Shown here: one piece after another, positions 24,488 through 36,556 of the stretch | Position numbering within the stretch: position 1 is the stretch's first letter | How the letters are laid out: each line of letters starts with the position of its first letter | Assembly: GCF_000143415.4 (NCBI RefSeq) | Contig: NW_003314278.1 | Coordinates: 1,432,831 to 1,496,830 of the forward strand | Reading direction: 5' to 3' | Source: Selaginella moellendorffii | Taxonomy: Eukaryota; Plantae; Lycopodiophyta | Length of the DNA: 64,000 nt | Made by a program: the position numbers and the translations under genes | The notes under the pieces: generated by a model | Told to the model about the DNA's origin: nothing | Seen by the model: only the letters and a program-made list of their open reading frames with translations | Databases searched by the model: none

Positions 24488-26253
24488 CTATTTCTCTTGA
24501 TCGATTCGGCCAGTGATGACGCTCGAAAGGAGGACGTAAGCCGCTGGGCTTCTCGAATCCAATCCCATTAAGCTCGGACCTTCCCCATCTTTCTGGTCAG
24601 AGTTCTTGAATCGACACGAGGCGCCGAGCAGCGTCGTCCAGGCGATCTCCTTGGGATGGAACGGCATCGTGTGGATGAGCTCCTCGGCCTCCTCTAGCAT
24701 CCCGGATCGCCCAAAAACATCGATCATGCAGTAGTAATGCTCCACGATCGGGGCGAGCCACAAGTCTCCACGCATTGACACGAAGTAGGCTCGCGATTTG
24801 GCGAGGAGCCCCAGCTGCATGAGATGAGGATTCCAGTGAATGTGATCTGGTCGGGAGCCATTCCTTCCAACACCATGTCCTGGTAGAGGATCAAAGCGTG
24901 GAAGAAATTCCCAGTGAGAGTGTAGGCCTGGATCATCGCTGTCCATGCGACAACGTTGTGGCGCTCGGGCATTCGATCGAACATCGCCCGCGCGGCGTGT
25001 GCGTCGTTTTGAGCATAGGCCCGATCATCGCAGTCCAGCAGATGGAATCGCGCACTGGAATTCGGGTGAAGAGGATCTGGGCTTCCTCGACCTGGCTGTT
25101 GGAAACGTAGCCGTGGATCATGGAAGTCCACGCAACCTCGTTTTGCTGTGGGAGATTGTCCAAGAAGAATCGAGCCTCCTCGAGCTTGGAGCTGTTCGAT
25201 GATCATCGAGAACCATGATGGGAGATCCCACCCGGGCATTCCGTCGAACATAACCTTCGCTTCTCTGAGCTTGGATCCCTGCGCATACGCCAGAAGCATG
25301 AGATTCCAGGACACCATGTTCCTCACCGGCATCGATTCAAACAATCGCTTGGCTTCGTCCAGATTCCCAGGCTTGGTATTTGCTGAGATGAGCGGATTCC
25401 ACGAGACGAATCATTGCTGGCATTTTCGAAATTTCTTTTTCACTTCACGAGTAAAACCCTTCTCTGTATATGCAGCGATTAGAGCATTGCAGCTAAAGTG
25501 ATCCCAGACGGGCATCTTGTCAAAGACAATCCTCGACTTCAAAAAATGCCAAATTTGGGCAAATGCTGTGATCATTGCATTCCATGCCACTATGTTTTGC
25601 TCGGGCATTTCTTCGAAAACAACTTTAGCAATTTAAAAATCTCCGTTTTATGAGTGCGTTGATAGCATTCCGGTTCATGTAATAATGGTTCTCTCGGGCA
25701 TCTTGTCAAACGCAATCTTTGCCTCGACAAGATGCCGCTTTCCGGTATATGCTGCTATGAGAGTGTTGTATGAGATTAGAGTTCTAGTTTCCATTTCATG
25801 GAAGATATCTTTGAATCGCTTGGTCTCGCCGCTCGCGGCATAGGCCGTGATCATTGAATTTCCAGTGACTTCGTCTCTCTCCGGCATCAGATCAAAGATC
25901 CCGCTCTGCGAATGCACAGCGATCATGGCGTTGAAGGAGACGATGTTACGCGCCGGCATTCGATCGAACGCGCTCCTCGCTTCTTCCAGATGCCCGCTGC
26001 GCAGGAAGCTCTTGATGACGATGTTCCAAGAGAAAAGATTGGGATTTTCCATGGCGTGGAAGACGGCGATGGCGTCGTCCAGGCTGCCGCATCGCGTGTA
26101 CATGTAAATGCGGGCGTGGATCCTCCTCGCGACTGCCAGATCCACGCATCCTCTCACGGCGTCGGCGATCTCTTCGCGATACGTGGCTGGAAATCTGCCC
26201 AGGGAATGGCATGGGCGATGCACAAGCATACACACAAAATTTCTCCAATCCAA
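24488..26253 (-). pseudogene. Frameshifted PLS-class PPR gene
   Basis: PPR repeats are spread over five or more ORFs in different frames (MYTRCGSLDDA.., MPEQNIVAWN.., MPVRNMVSWN.., HYYCMIDVFGRSG..AYVLLS). Confidence 0.85.
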
Positions 26254-26278
26254 GAGCGAGGTTTAGGGTTTTTAGGCC

Positions 26279-27017
26279 ATGGCGATGGCGATGTTCCTGG
26301 CGAGGAAGAAGGCCGCCTCCATTGTCTTGCAGAGGGATCCGCTGCCTGGATCGACGCGGTGCCTGGTGAAATCCGTCAAGCATGGAGGTAAGGGGAAGAA
26401 GAATCCGGATTTCAAGCGCCGGGATCCTCCATCGCCACGGCCTGGCGATGGAAGCAAGCTCTCCGCGGGGCCTCGCAAGAACTTGTTTGATATCCTGGCA
26501 GGACTGCCTGACTGGGGAATGGGGATGAAGTTCCAGAAGAAAACTTGGAGGAGGGATCGCTACTTTGTTCTCACTAGGATCAATCTCTACAAGGTAAGCT
26601 CTAGAAGGAATCGACCAATGTAGCTTCTCTGACGAGTATTTCTGTGTGTTCTTCTTCCATCCAGAGCTTGAACCACGGGAAAGCTTGGGGGATGTTTCAC
26701 GAGAACGGTATGCACAAGCCCTGGCTTTCCTTAATCTAAGTCTTCTTTTTACAGGAGTTTTAAAGACTGGAGTGATGAGGATGAGTGGCTCGAACAAGCG
26801 AAACTGGAGAGTGATCGAAAAGCCTCCACCGGAACGAGTACCTTGGAAGAAACTCGTCAAGGAGCCCACTACCCGAGACTTGAAGAAGAAGAAGGGAGCT
26901 CTAGCGAAGTACAAGTTAAGAAGGGCCGCGGCAGTAGCAGCAAAGAAGAAAGAACCAGAAACACAGGACGAGCCTGGGCAAGAAGGAAGCGATCCGCCAC
27001 CACCGGTCACAGCTTGA
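26279..27017 (+). CDS. MRPS34: Mitochondrial ribosomal protein mS34-like, 3 exons (26279-26593, 26665-26707, 26755-27017)
   Basis: KNLFDILAGLPDWGMG..W..YFVLTRINLYK-SLNHGKAWG..MSGSNKRNW matches the plant mS34 pattern as recalled; telo-box TAGGGTTT just upstream. Confidence 0.8.
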
Positions 27018-27128
27018 AAGTTCCCGATGGAAGTCTCGAGCAGCGACACACAAGGCAAGTTTTGTAGACATTGTTTTGATTGTGCTCGGAGTTTTCTTCC
27101 AGACTTGTCTAAACATCTTCTCTGTAGA

Positions 27129-28841
27129 TCATAAGAGCGCCTCCACTTGTCTCTGCGCGTACGCTTTGAGGAGCAGCAAATGCGGTGCGCTGCTCGCTGC
27201 CGTGCCAAGTTTGTCCGCTGCTCGGGTGGCAACATCGAGGTCCGAGTGAACTCTCGAAGTTCCAAGCAGAATCGTCCACGCAACGTCGTCCGGCACGAAA
27301 GGCATGGTATGGACGAGCTCCTCGGCCTCTTCCAGTCTCCCGGCTCGGCCCAGGATATCCAGGATGCAGTGGTAGTGCTTGAGAGCCGGCAGTATTCCGT
27401 GGTCTTGGATCATCGACAGGAACCGGCTCCTTCCTTCCTCGGGCCGACCGACGTAGCTGCAAGCCGTGAGAACTCCCAGGAATGTGACGTCGTCGGGCGG
27501 TATACCATCGCAGTTCATGGCCTTGAAGATCTCCAGCGCCTCCTGCCATGCAGCGGTGTGCGCACAGCCGACGAGGAGTGTCGTCCATGCGACTGTGTTC
27601 TCTGCCGGCATTCTCACAAAGTTTGTCCTTGCCTGTTCTAGATTCCCTGTCTGAGCATATGCTCCCACCATGCACGTAGAGCTAAAGACATTGTGCTCGG
27701 GCATCTTTGCGTAGACGCTCTCCAACTTGTCAAGATGCCCATTCTGGGCATAGGCCATCAGCAAGAGATTCCAGGGCAGGATATCCCGCGTTTGCATCCC
27801 GTCAAACAAGCCCTTTGCGGCGCTGACTTTTGTTGACTGTGCGTGAGCGGTCAATGCCGCCGTCAAAGATATGACGCATCTCTGCGGCATCTTTAAGAGG
27901 ATTAGATCTACCTCGTGGAGATTCCCTTGTCGGGCATATGCCGATAACAGGCTGGTCCATAGTACCGAATCTCTCTGCGGGAAGTCAATAAAACTCTTCC
28001 TGGCAGCGTTCGTATGACCGTTTTGGGCGTATGCATCGAAGATGGAGGCGTATGTACAAACGTCCCATGCCGGCATCTTTTCATATAGGAATATAGCGCA
28101 GTCCAGATTCCCGGTTGCGGCATATCCCGCGATCACATTGTTGCTAGTGACGAGGTCTCTCTCCGGCATGCTTTGAAATAATTCGCTGGCTTCATCCATT
28201 TTCCTGTGCTGCACAAACACAGCGATCATCGCCCCCCACGAAACAATGCTCCAAAGCGGCATCGCATCAAACATCTGCTTTGATTCATCCAAATGCCCCT
28301 GCTGGGCATTTGCTTGAAACATGATAGTCCACACCCAAACATCTCTTTCCGGCATCTCGGCAAAGAGGGCGCTGGCTCGACCGAGTTCCCCGGATCTCTG
28401 GAGCGCTGCCAGCACAGTGGTGAAAGATATAACGTTCCTTGACGGCATTCTCTCGAAGAAAAGCATCGAAGCATCCAAGTGCCGGCTGTGGGTGAGTGAC
28501 TGCAGCATCGCGGTCCACGACACGATCCACCGCGCGGGCATTCGATCGAAGACGTGCTTGGCCTCGGCGTGATGCCCATTGCGAGCGTAAGCGTGGAAGA
28601 GGATGCCCCAGGAGAACTTGTCTGGATTGGCGATCCCATCAAACACTGACTGCGCTGCTTCCACTCTCCCGCATTGGACGTATGCCTCGATGAGGTGATT
28701 GCCTAGGAGCCCATTGCTGCGGTGCTCGCTCTCCACGATCCATTTGTGGAGTTTCTTGCACTTGGTAGCATCCCTGGATCGAGAGGCGGCTTTCAAGGCT
28801 TGGACGTAGTCTGCTACTGTTACCAAAGCTCTATCTCTCAT
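27129..28841 (-). CDS. PLS-class PPR protein (570 aa, intronless), short E domain, no DYW
   Basis: Long run of S-type repeats (MPERD.., MPAWD..), PDDVTFLGVLTACS, HYHCILDILGRAGRLEEAE. Confidence 0.92.
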   Translation of the reverse strand: MRDRALVTVADYVQALKAASRSRDATKCKKLHKWIVESEHRSNGLLGNHLIEAYVQCGRVEAAQSVFDGIANPDKFSWGILFHAYARNGHHAEAKHVFDRMPARWIVSWTAMLQSLTHSRHLDASMLFFERMPSRNVISFTTVLAALQRSGELGRASALFAEMPERDVWVWTIMFQANAQQGHLDESKQMFDAMPLWSIVSWGAMIAVFVQHRKMDEASELFQSMPERDLVTSNNVIAGYAATGNLDCAIFLYEKMPAWDVCTYASIFDAYAQNGHTNAARKSFIDFPQRDSVLWTSLLSAYARQGNLHEVDLILLKMPQRCVISLTAALTAHAQSTKVSAAKGLFDGMQTRDILPWNLLLMAYAQNGHLDKLESVYAKMPEHNVFSSTCMVGAYAQTGNLEQARTNFVRMPAENTVAWTTLLVGCAHTAAWQEALEIFKAMNCDGIPPDDVTFLGVLTACSYVGRPEEGRSRFLSMIQDHGILPALKHYHCILDILGRAGRLEEAEELVHTMPFVPDDVAWTILLGTSRVHSDLDVATRAADKLGTAASSAPHLLLLKAYAQRQVEALL

Positions 28842-28925
28842 ACAACCTTGGTTTTGATCTCATGAAATTCGCTAGAAGAGAAACAAGGAAATTCCAAAAC
28901 CATATGACAACATTACCTTGGCCTC

Positions 28926-31900
28926 CTAGAAAACGTCAGCGTAGTTCTCATCTTTCGTGGCCGCTGGTTCTGCGTTTTTGTCAATGAATTGGATTGGAGT
29001 GTCGAGCTCTGGCGCCGGCTATAGAATCAAACCCAGTTAGTTCTTCGTCGATTTTTCAAGGAGAAGGAAGAAACGAACCATGCAGCGTATGAGAGGCCAG
29101 TTGATACCGGTGAAGAAAGGATGTCGCTTGATTTCGTATGCTCCGTTTAAACCTCCTAGTCTCTTGGAGGGATCACGTTGGAGCAGCGATCGTATGAGTT
29201 GCTTCGCTTGTAGACTAACCTGCATAGAGAAGACTTTGTGCTTTCTAGAGAAAAAACTTGGAAAAGAAAACACACGCACGGGTTTACTGCTCGGAAAGAC
29301 GAGATCCTTTTGTAACACGTTCTCGAAAGTTTTTTGCCTGTTCTTTCCCCGGAATGGTGTTCGTCCAAATAACATCTCGTACACTAGTATGCCTTAGAAA
29401 ACAGGGAAGTCAGAAAGAAGCTATAACAAACGAGAGAAAATGCTGCTTTACCGAAAGCCCACCAATCTACGGCACTTCCATGGCCTGAGCCTTTGATGAT
29501 TTCCTGGGACAGGAACGAAATATAAAAACTAACCAGTCAAGACAGGAAAATTACAGTTCTTACAGGGGCAATATACTCCTCTGTTCCCACAAAAGAGTTG
29601 GATCGTGCTAAAGGCTCGGCTACAAACGCTGGCGGCGGCGGTATCTTTGGCTTCCTTTTCCCCGACGGAAGCACTGGACGTATCAGCTGGAAACAACGCT
29701 GAGGTGAAAAGGATTGTAGAGAAAACACCACCAGACCTGTGGTTTTGTTGTAGATAGCAAAGAAAGATCAAAGTCCGTCAAACACAAATGTCCGTTCGCT
29801 TGGACTAGAACGTTTTCCGGTTTGAGATCTCGATAGACAACGCCTGCACTATCAACGAATTTAGTAAGTATGCAGCATGGCAGCACGGATTATAAACACA
29901 CCCAGGCAATGAAGATACTCCAGGGCAACCAAGACTTCTGCGGCATAAAATCTGCTCCAAAAAAGTGAAAAGGAGTGAAAAAATGAACAAAAGGAAAACG
30001 TTCAGCTGCCACCTTACTACTTCCTCTGCAAAACATTTTAGTGGTTGTTTCTCCATTTGAAGAAAGAGTTCCCCTCCAGGACAAAAGTCTGTCACTAAGC
30101 AAACATGAGTCGCAGTCTGCAGGGAAAAAGTCAATTTAGAAAGCAAGATGCTGAGTGTTCAAAACTCAGAAAGCACTGGCAAACCTGAAAAGAAGCATAT
30201 AATGTCGGGAGGAACGGATGGTCCATCAATCCAAGAATCTCTCTTTCGGCACATGCACGATGAACCTGTTCAAAAGATCAGTGCGAGTTTTCAAAGTTCA
30301 CAGAGATATCACCTTGTTTCTGTTTATCATCACGCTCTTGTCCATGCTCTTCATGGCAAAATACTGGCTGGAACCTTTCAACTCTACTAAATGTACACTG
30401 CCATCACAAAAAGGTTTTTTTAATCCCATATATATGAAACAACTATGTAAAAACTCACCTTCCCGTGTCACCAAACCCAAGAGATTTGACGGGCCGAAAA
30501 TGGTGGAGTCCCAGTTTCTCGCCACTAGTTCGAATCTGCGTTTAAAAACAAGCAAGAAAACTGGAGAGTTCGTGGGACTAAACATAAGCTTAAATGAACC
30601 TTTTTAATGGCATCCCAAGCGGGGGTGTTGACTTTATGGGGCTTTGGATAGACGACTTTAGAGTGTTTAGCCCAAAGGTCGTCGGGTGTCTGGACACGAA
30701 AATAAGAAACAAATTCTCGTTGGCATCGAGAGACAAACAAGAAATTAATCATGTGTTAGAAGGAACCTGACTTGGTTTGCATCAGGAAGCTCTCGAACAG
30801 CTTCATCAACATTGGCAGCAGTCGCACGAACCTTGGAAAGTAAATTAGTGTTAGAATTGTGCAGCAAAAACTATATATGTCGGCGACACACTAACCACTT
30901 TGGCACCTTCTTGTTCCGTTCTCTCCGAGAGTCTCTGACGAATGGGTTCTATGTACTCACTCCCATCAAGTTGCACACCTATAAAGTATTGCAACTCTCC
31001 CTGGAAAGTTTTCAGTACATCAGAGACATATATTAAAAAAAAAAAAAAAACTTTAAAACTCGCCTTGTTGTCTTTCATTGCCTGCAAGTGGAAGAGGTTC
31101 CAGAATGGTTTGCCTGTTGGCATAACTCAGCAATTGAAGAACACGTTTTTCTCGTTATAACATACCACTCTTTGTGTAGTTAAGCAGCTGAACTGTGATA
31201 TCGCGCTGTTCTCTGATAGCATCACGAATTTTCTTCACTGTTTCTACGTCAGTTCCAGCTCCTTGCAGAAACCTTCCAGCGACAACCAGAGATAAATGAA
31301 AAGCCAGTAAAGATGAAAGTAAATACCTGCAATTTCGTCCAAGGATTTCTTCCCGAGTGTACTCCGTCAGTTCTAGAAAAGAGTCCGACGCGAATATCTA
31401 AACAGAAAAACCTTAACATGCATGTCATTTCTCTCATGCTTACGATTGGGTTGTCTGGCAAGCGTGGATCAGTAATGACGAAATTCTTCTCGATACGTTC
31501 AAGAGTTGTTGCCAGATCAAACCCTTTACGTATTTCTTCTGCACGATCTATATCAAGACTCTCTAGAGTCTCTTCTTCTTCAATAGTTGATGTGATAAGC
31601 TCGGGCTCGGAAATGTCCATTGTCTGCTCGTGAGGATGGTCACTTTTCGAGAATCTGCTTTAACAAAGGCATGAAAGATATGTAGCAAATATTTAAGAGC
31701 CGAGAACGTACCTCAAGAGATTGAAAAAGCCTGATGATCGTCTCTTCGATTTACCAGTTTTCCCTATTACCTCTGAAACATCTGGAAGACTGTGCCTTCT
31801 CGGAATTGAATTGTTTCGTTCTGAACCAGAAATAGATGCCGCGGGACCACGCTCAGCGACGGGTTCAATGAGAGGATGAGGCCTCTTTACAGCTTCAACC

Positions 31901-33193
31901 AGCTCTGTGACAGAATGGACTGCCTTGTCCTTCTGGCGAGCTGCGATAAGAGGTTTTAGATCCACAGCTCATGGCATGCAAACAGCATACACTACCATCG
32001 TAACGAATAAGCGACTCGGGGAGTCCGTTTGGACGTAAAGCACTTTCCTTCTTGCCTTCGGTGGACTTGCTTACTTCGACTTGCATTCTAAAGAGAAAAA
32101 CACTCCGAATCAGATTAACCTGCAAACTGTGTATAAAAACGCTTACCCAATGTACTTCAATATCTTGCCATTTTCATCTTTGATTGGAGCGATTGTGAGC
32201 AGGTTCCAGAAAGGAGTTCCATCTTTTTTGTAGTTGAGCAGCCGGCCACAAAAGCTCTGTCCTTCTCTTAAGGCGTCGCGAATTTTAGAAACATCGATCG
32301 GATCCGTTCCAGAGCCTTGGAGAAATCGACTGTGAGAGAGAAACAGTGCCATCAGCTGGTGCCGCAAGAAAAAAAAAAGGGAGAAGAAGCACTCACCAGT
32401 TACGACCAATCACCTCTTTCGATGTGTATCCCGTCATGTTATAAAATCCCGCACTGGCATATAATATCGGATAATCAGCTTTGGTCGCATCAGAAACCAC
32501 GAATGTCTGCTGAAATGTGGACAGAGCTTCCCTGAGCTCTTTCGAGACCCGAGGAACTGAAGTAGAATCCGTCCTGCCTTCATGTTCCTCCGAAGTCCTT
32601 CCTGACATATCCGAGTTCCTTCGCGAGCGCTTCTCTTCGGCAGACGTCCGAGCCTTGACACCATGAACTTTACCTGAATTCATGTCCGCTTTCACCGTCA
32701 GCCCCCATTCTGCCGCCCTCTCGGCAATTACAGCATCCGTCAAGATCTCAGGCTCCGTCCCGGGGGCAACTTTCGAATCCTTTCCGTGTAGTTCAGCAGC
32801 ACCGTCGTTCCAATGCTGTGCCTCTTCTTCACCTATATCACCTTTAGGAGGCTTATCCACCTGAGAGCTTGCTAGCCATGCTTGAAGGAAATCATTTTGT
32901 TTCTCTGTGAGAGTCCACCCGGAAGAAGAAAGAGGCTCGGCTGTACTTGTTGTGCCTTTCACGCTCTGGCTCTCCAGAAGGCTCTTTTTCGGAGTCAAAT
33001 TCAGCTCCTGTATCCTGTCCTGGACATATCCCCGAGGAACCACAGAAGCAGAGTAACCTTGTGGATTGAAAACTTCGAGTGAGCCACGAGAATCCCTCGG
33101 AAGTTGAGCCAGAGAATCCCGCACAGGCTTGGGCATGCTGGAAGACCGCTGCGAGAAGTAATGGTCCTGCTTGCTACCGGAAGTGGACTCCAT
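28926..33193 (-). CDS. PHOT: Phototropin (LOV1-LOV2-AGC kinase blue-light receptor), about 20 exons
   Basis: [94 protein letters not shown]. Confidence 0.97.
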
Positions 33194-34287
33194 AAAAAAT
33201 TGAAACTTGGCCGAGGTACCTCACAGCTGCGAGAACGAAAGCGGTACTGCCATGCTAGGATGGTATCAAAGACTGTAGTACAGGATAAGATACACTCCTG
33301 AAGAGAGCAAGAAGGGAGTTAAGGAAACTAGAAAGGCAGTTCACACATTACCGTGGCGAAAACTCCCCAATTGTCGAAAGCCGTCATGTTGTTGCTCGAA
33401 CGTACTCCACGTAAGCAAGCTCCGTAAAGTCGTGTTTCTCCGAGAAGGCGACAATCCATTCCTGTACACAACCGACTTCTTAAAATCTCCGCGGATAAAT
33501 CTACGAAGCTAACTTCTCTTAAAGCAGCAAGGGATGGAAACGAAAGAAGGAAAAAAGGAGAGACGAGAAACGACTGGCTGGAGGAGAGCTTGAGCCCACA
33601 ATCCAATCGAACTTAGACTTACGGTGGTCCAGCTAGAGGGACAAGATGGAGCTAGAATGACTGGCACTGGCTACCTAGAGCTTACAAAACGATGACGTGA
33701 CTTCCACTCCTCTCTAAGATCTAGCGCTAAGAAATCGAGAAACTTAGAACAAAGCACCTACTTTTTGCCAAGATGCTGGTCTCCTACCTGAGGACGAATA
33801 TTGCGCTTAAGTCGCCGACGCGCCCGCTGGAAAAGCTTTTTGACGATCGACGTCGAGAGCCACGTGAGCAACGTCGACGTGTGCGCAGAGGGGCCGCCAG
33901 AGGGAAAATGTGGTCCTGCCCCCATTTCTAGGGTTTAGGGAGCATTGGAGGGAAATCGTCAAAGAAAGTGTTTGATCCTGCCATCTTACCGCCCTCCTAG
34001 TTACATACCGATTCGCAAAATCTCACAAATTCTCCAGATTCCTCACACACTTTTGGGCCCTCCATCTCATGTGTGCTGGTAAGCTCTTTTCTACATCCAA
34101 GTTTCTTCTTGAAAAAAGGGTAAGCTCCCATTTTATGATTCTTTTAAAGTTGGAAACAGCAAATACAATACTTTTATGAAATTTATAATGGAGGCCATTT
34201 CTAGGGTTTAGGGCTCTTTGAAAAGAGCATATAAATTTAAATTGTGTAGACTTTCTTACCCTTCAATTACATACCAGTAATAAATCA

Positions 34288-34930
34288 TGATGTGAAGTCC
34301 AAATGTATGATTATGATGCTATATATTAATATTAACATAATGGGATTTTAGTAACTATCGAATTAGTTTAAATTTGGACCACTATAAACTAGGGTTTTTG
34401 GGCTAATTAATATGTATATTTTATATATTCCCTTTCTATATTCTATACATTCATGGAGTAGAGAGGCATTTTTGATTGTCCCTAAGTGCTTGAATTTGGG
34501 ATTTTAATTTAAATTTAGCTTTTGTATCATTTAGATTTAGTTTTTTCCATTTCCTTTTTTTTTTCTTTCTTTCTGGGATTTTGGTTTAGATTTAGTTTTT
34601 ACATTGTCTAAATTTCCCTTTCCTTTTAGCTTTTTTCATTTCTTTTGCTCTTCCCTTTTCATTCAACTTCATAGTAAAGGAAAATAGTAATTGATGTAAT
34701 TGCTTAATGTTATGTGATTGTAGTTAAAGAATCAAACTCAATTAATGGTGACATTTATGGCGCATGGTACAACTCCTCTTGTTCTTAGTGCCAATCCTCA
34801 CATTAGCTGGAGTTCTTTCATTGGAATCCTAAAGATGATGTGTACCACTGATTCAATCATTTCATAGTGATTGCTACATATCATTCTTGGGATGATACTT
34901 GACGTTTGTGTGAGTTTCCCACATGTCTCC
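34288..34930 (+). mobile_element. Ty3/gypsy 5' LTR plus degenerate gag start
   Basis: TGATGTGAAGTCC..ttggaccactataa matches the LTR at 55213; gag-like NPKDDVYH*FNHFIVIATYHSWDDT*RLCEFP at ~34820-34925. Confidence 0.6.
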
Positions 34931-34942
34931 GAGGGACGATAC

Positions 34943-35679
34943 TGTAGTGGTACAATAGTTTAAGTGCAGCTACTCGTGAAGATTAAAGTATTCTCCCGAA
35001 TATCTTTAAACATGCATTTGGACATGCCAATAGTAGCGCACCTAAATTTGGAGTTAAATTCCAAGCCTATTGCACTACAAAACGAGGGTCTGGTACAATC
35101 CCACGAGCACCAGCTCCCTATATCCAACACCTGTATGCAAAATGGTGTCAGACAGAGTTTGGGTGGCCTAACACGAGGAGGAGGGTACCCCACCGACTAG
35201 AGCAGCATGGAGCTTGAGCTTATTCCCAAGCCGAACACAGAATAAAGAACGACATAGCAAGAGCTAAACTAATATCTTAAGTGGTCAAACATGCATTTCA
35301 ACCACTATCCTTATTATACATTTGGAACCCTCTATAACCCTAAGGGACGGTGTTGTAGTGGTACAATAGTTTAAGTGCAGCCACTCGTGAGGATTAAAGT
35401 ATTCTCCCGGATATCTTCAAACGTGCATTTGAACATGCCAATTATAGTGCACTTGAATTTGGAGCTAAACTCCAAGCCCATTGCACTACGAAATGAGGGT
35501 CCGGTACAATCCCACGAGCACCAGCTCCCCATATCCAGCATTTGCATGCAAAATGGTGTCAGACAGAGTCTGGCACAATTTTGGCATACCAGTGGCCTAA
35601 GGCGAAAAGGAGGGTACCCCACCGACTAGAGCAGTGTGGAGCTTGAGCTTATACCCAAGCTGGACACAGAACAAAGAAC
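34943..35679 (+). repeat. Two tandem ~410-bp LTR-like units (TRIM-like); unit 2 is interrupted at 35679 and resumes at 43727-43830
   Basis: tgtagtggtacaatagtttaagtgcag at 34943 and 35354, each preceded by purine-rich AGGGACG; the unit tail reappears after 43726. Confidence 0.75.
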
Positions 35680-35909
35680 TGTGAGACACAAAATCCCTAG
35701 GCCCCAAAGTGGAGCCGGAAGGGTGCCACGTGGTAGTGGCTGAAGCGAAAGCCAAACGAGCGTAACACGTTTGGACTAACAGCTCTGACTTGAAAAGTCA
35801 AGAGCGGGAGTGGAACTCCCAACAAAGTGCTCGAGGAACAAGCATGAAGCGAGCAATAAGCGAGGCTCAAAAAAGGGACCCAAAAGGACCAACACATGAC
35901 ACGTGGAAG

Positions 35910-36556
35910 TGTCCGAGATGGAGTCCAAGATGGACCCAAGTTGGAGTCCGAGATGGAGTCTGAGATGGACCCGAGTTGGAGTCCGAGATGGAGTCCGAGA
36001 TGGACCAAGACGGAGTCCGAGATGAAGTCCAAGGTGGAGTCCGAGATGGAGTCCGAGATGGAGTCCGAGATGGAGTCCGAGGTGGAGTCCGAGGTGGAGT
36101 CCGAGATGGAGTCCGAGATGGACCGAGACAGAGTCCGAGATGGAGTCTGAGGTGGGGTACGAGATGGAGTCCGAAGTGGAGTCCGAGACGGAGTCCGAGA
36201 TGGACCGAGACGGAGTCCGAGATGGAGTCCAAGATGGACTAAGACGGAGTCCGAGATGGAGTCCGAGATGGACTGAGACGGAGTCCGAGATGGAGTCTGA
36301 GATGGACCCGAGATGGAATCCAAGATGGAGTCCGAGAAGGACCCGAGATGGAGTCCGAGGTCGAGACCGAGACCGCGACCGAGACTGGGACCAAGACCGG
36401 GACCGAGACTGAGACCGCGACCGAGATTGAGGCGGAGGCCAAGATCGAGCCCGAGTCCGAGTCCGAGTCCGAGTTCGAGTCCGAGTCCGAGTCCGAGTCC
36501 GAATCCGAGTCCGAGTCCAAGTCCGAGTCCGAGTCCGAGTCCGAGTTCAAGTCTGA
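35910..36556 (+). repeat. Satellite-like array in the 5' LTR: (GAGATGGAGTCC)n grading into (GAGACC)n and (GAGTCC)n
   Basis: Seen directly. Confidence 0.92.

Noticed and set aside
25946-27283. 445-aa minus-strand ORF
   Set aside because: Antisense to mS34 and runs through its introns; no motifs
28926-33900. Neochrome (phytochrome-phototropin fusion)
   Set aside because: No phytochrome module upstream; the gene is intron-rich like an ordinary phototropin
35910-36556. CRISPR-like array
   Set aside because: Head-to-tail repeats with no unique spacers and no cas genes, in eukaryotic context
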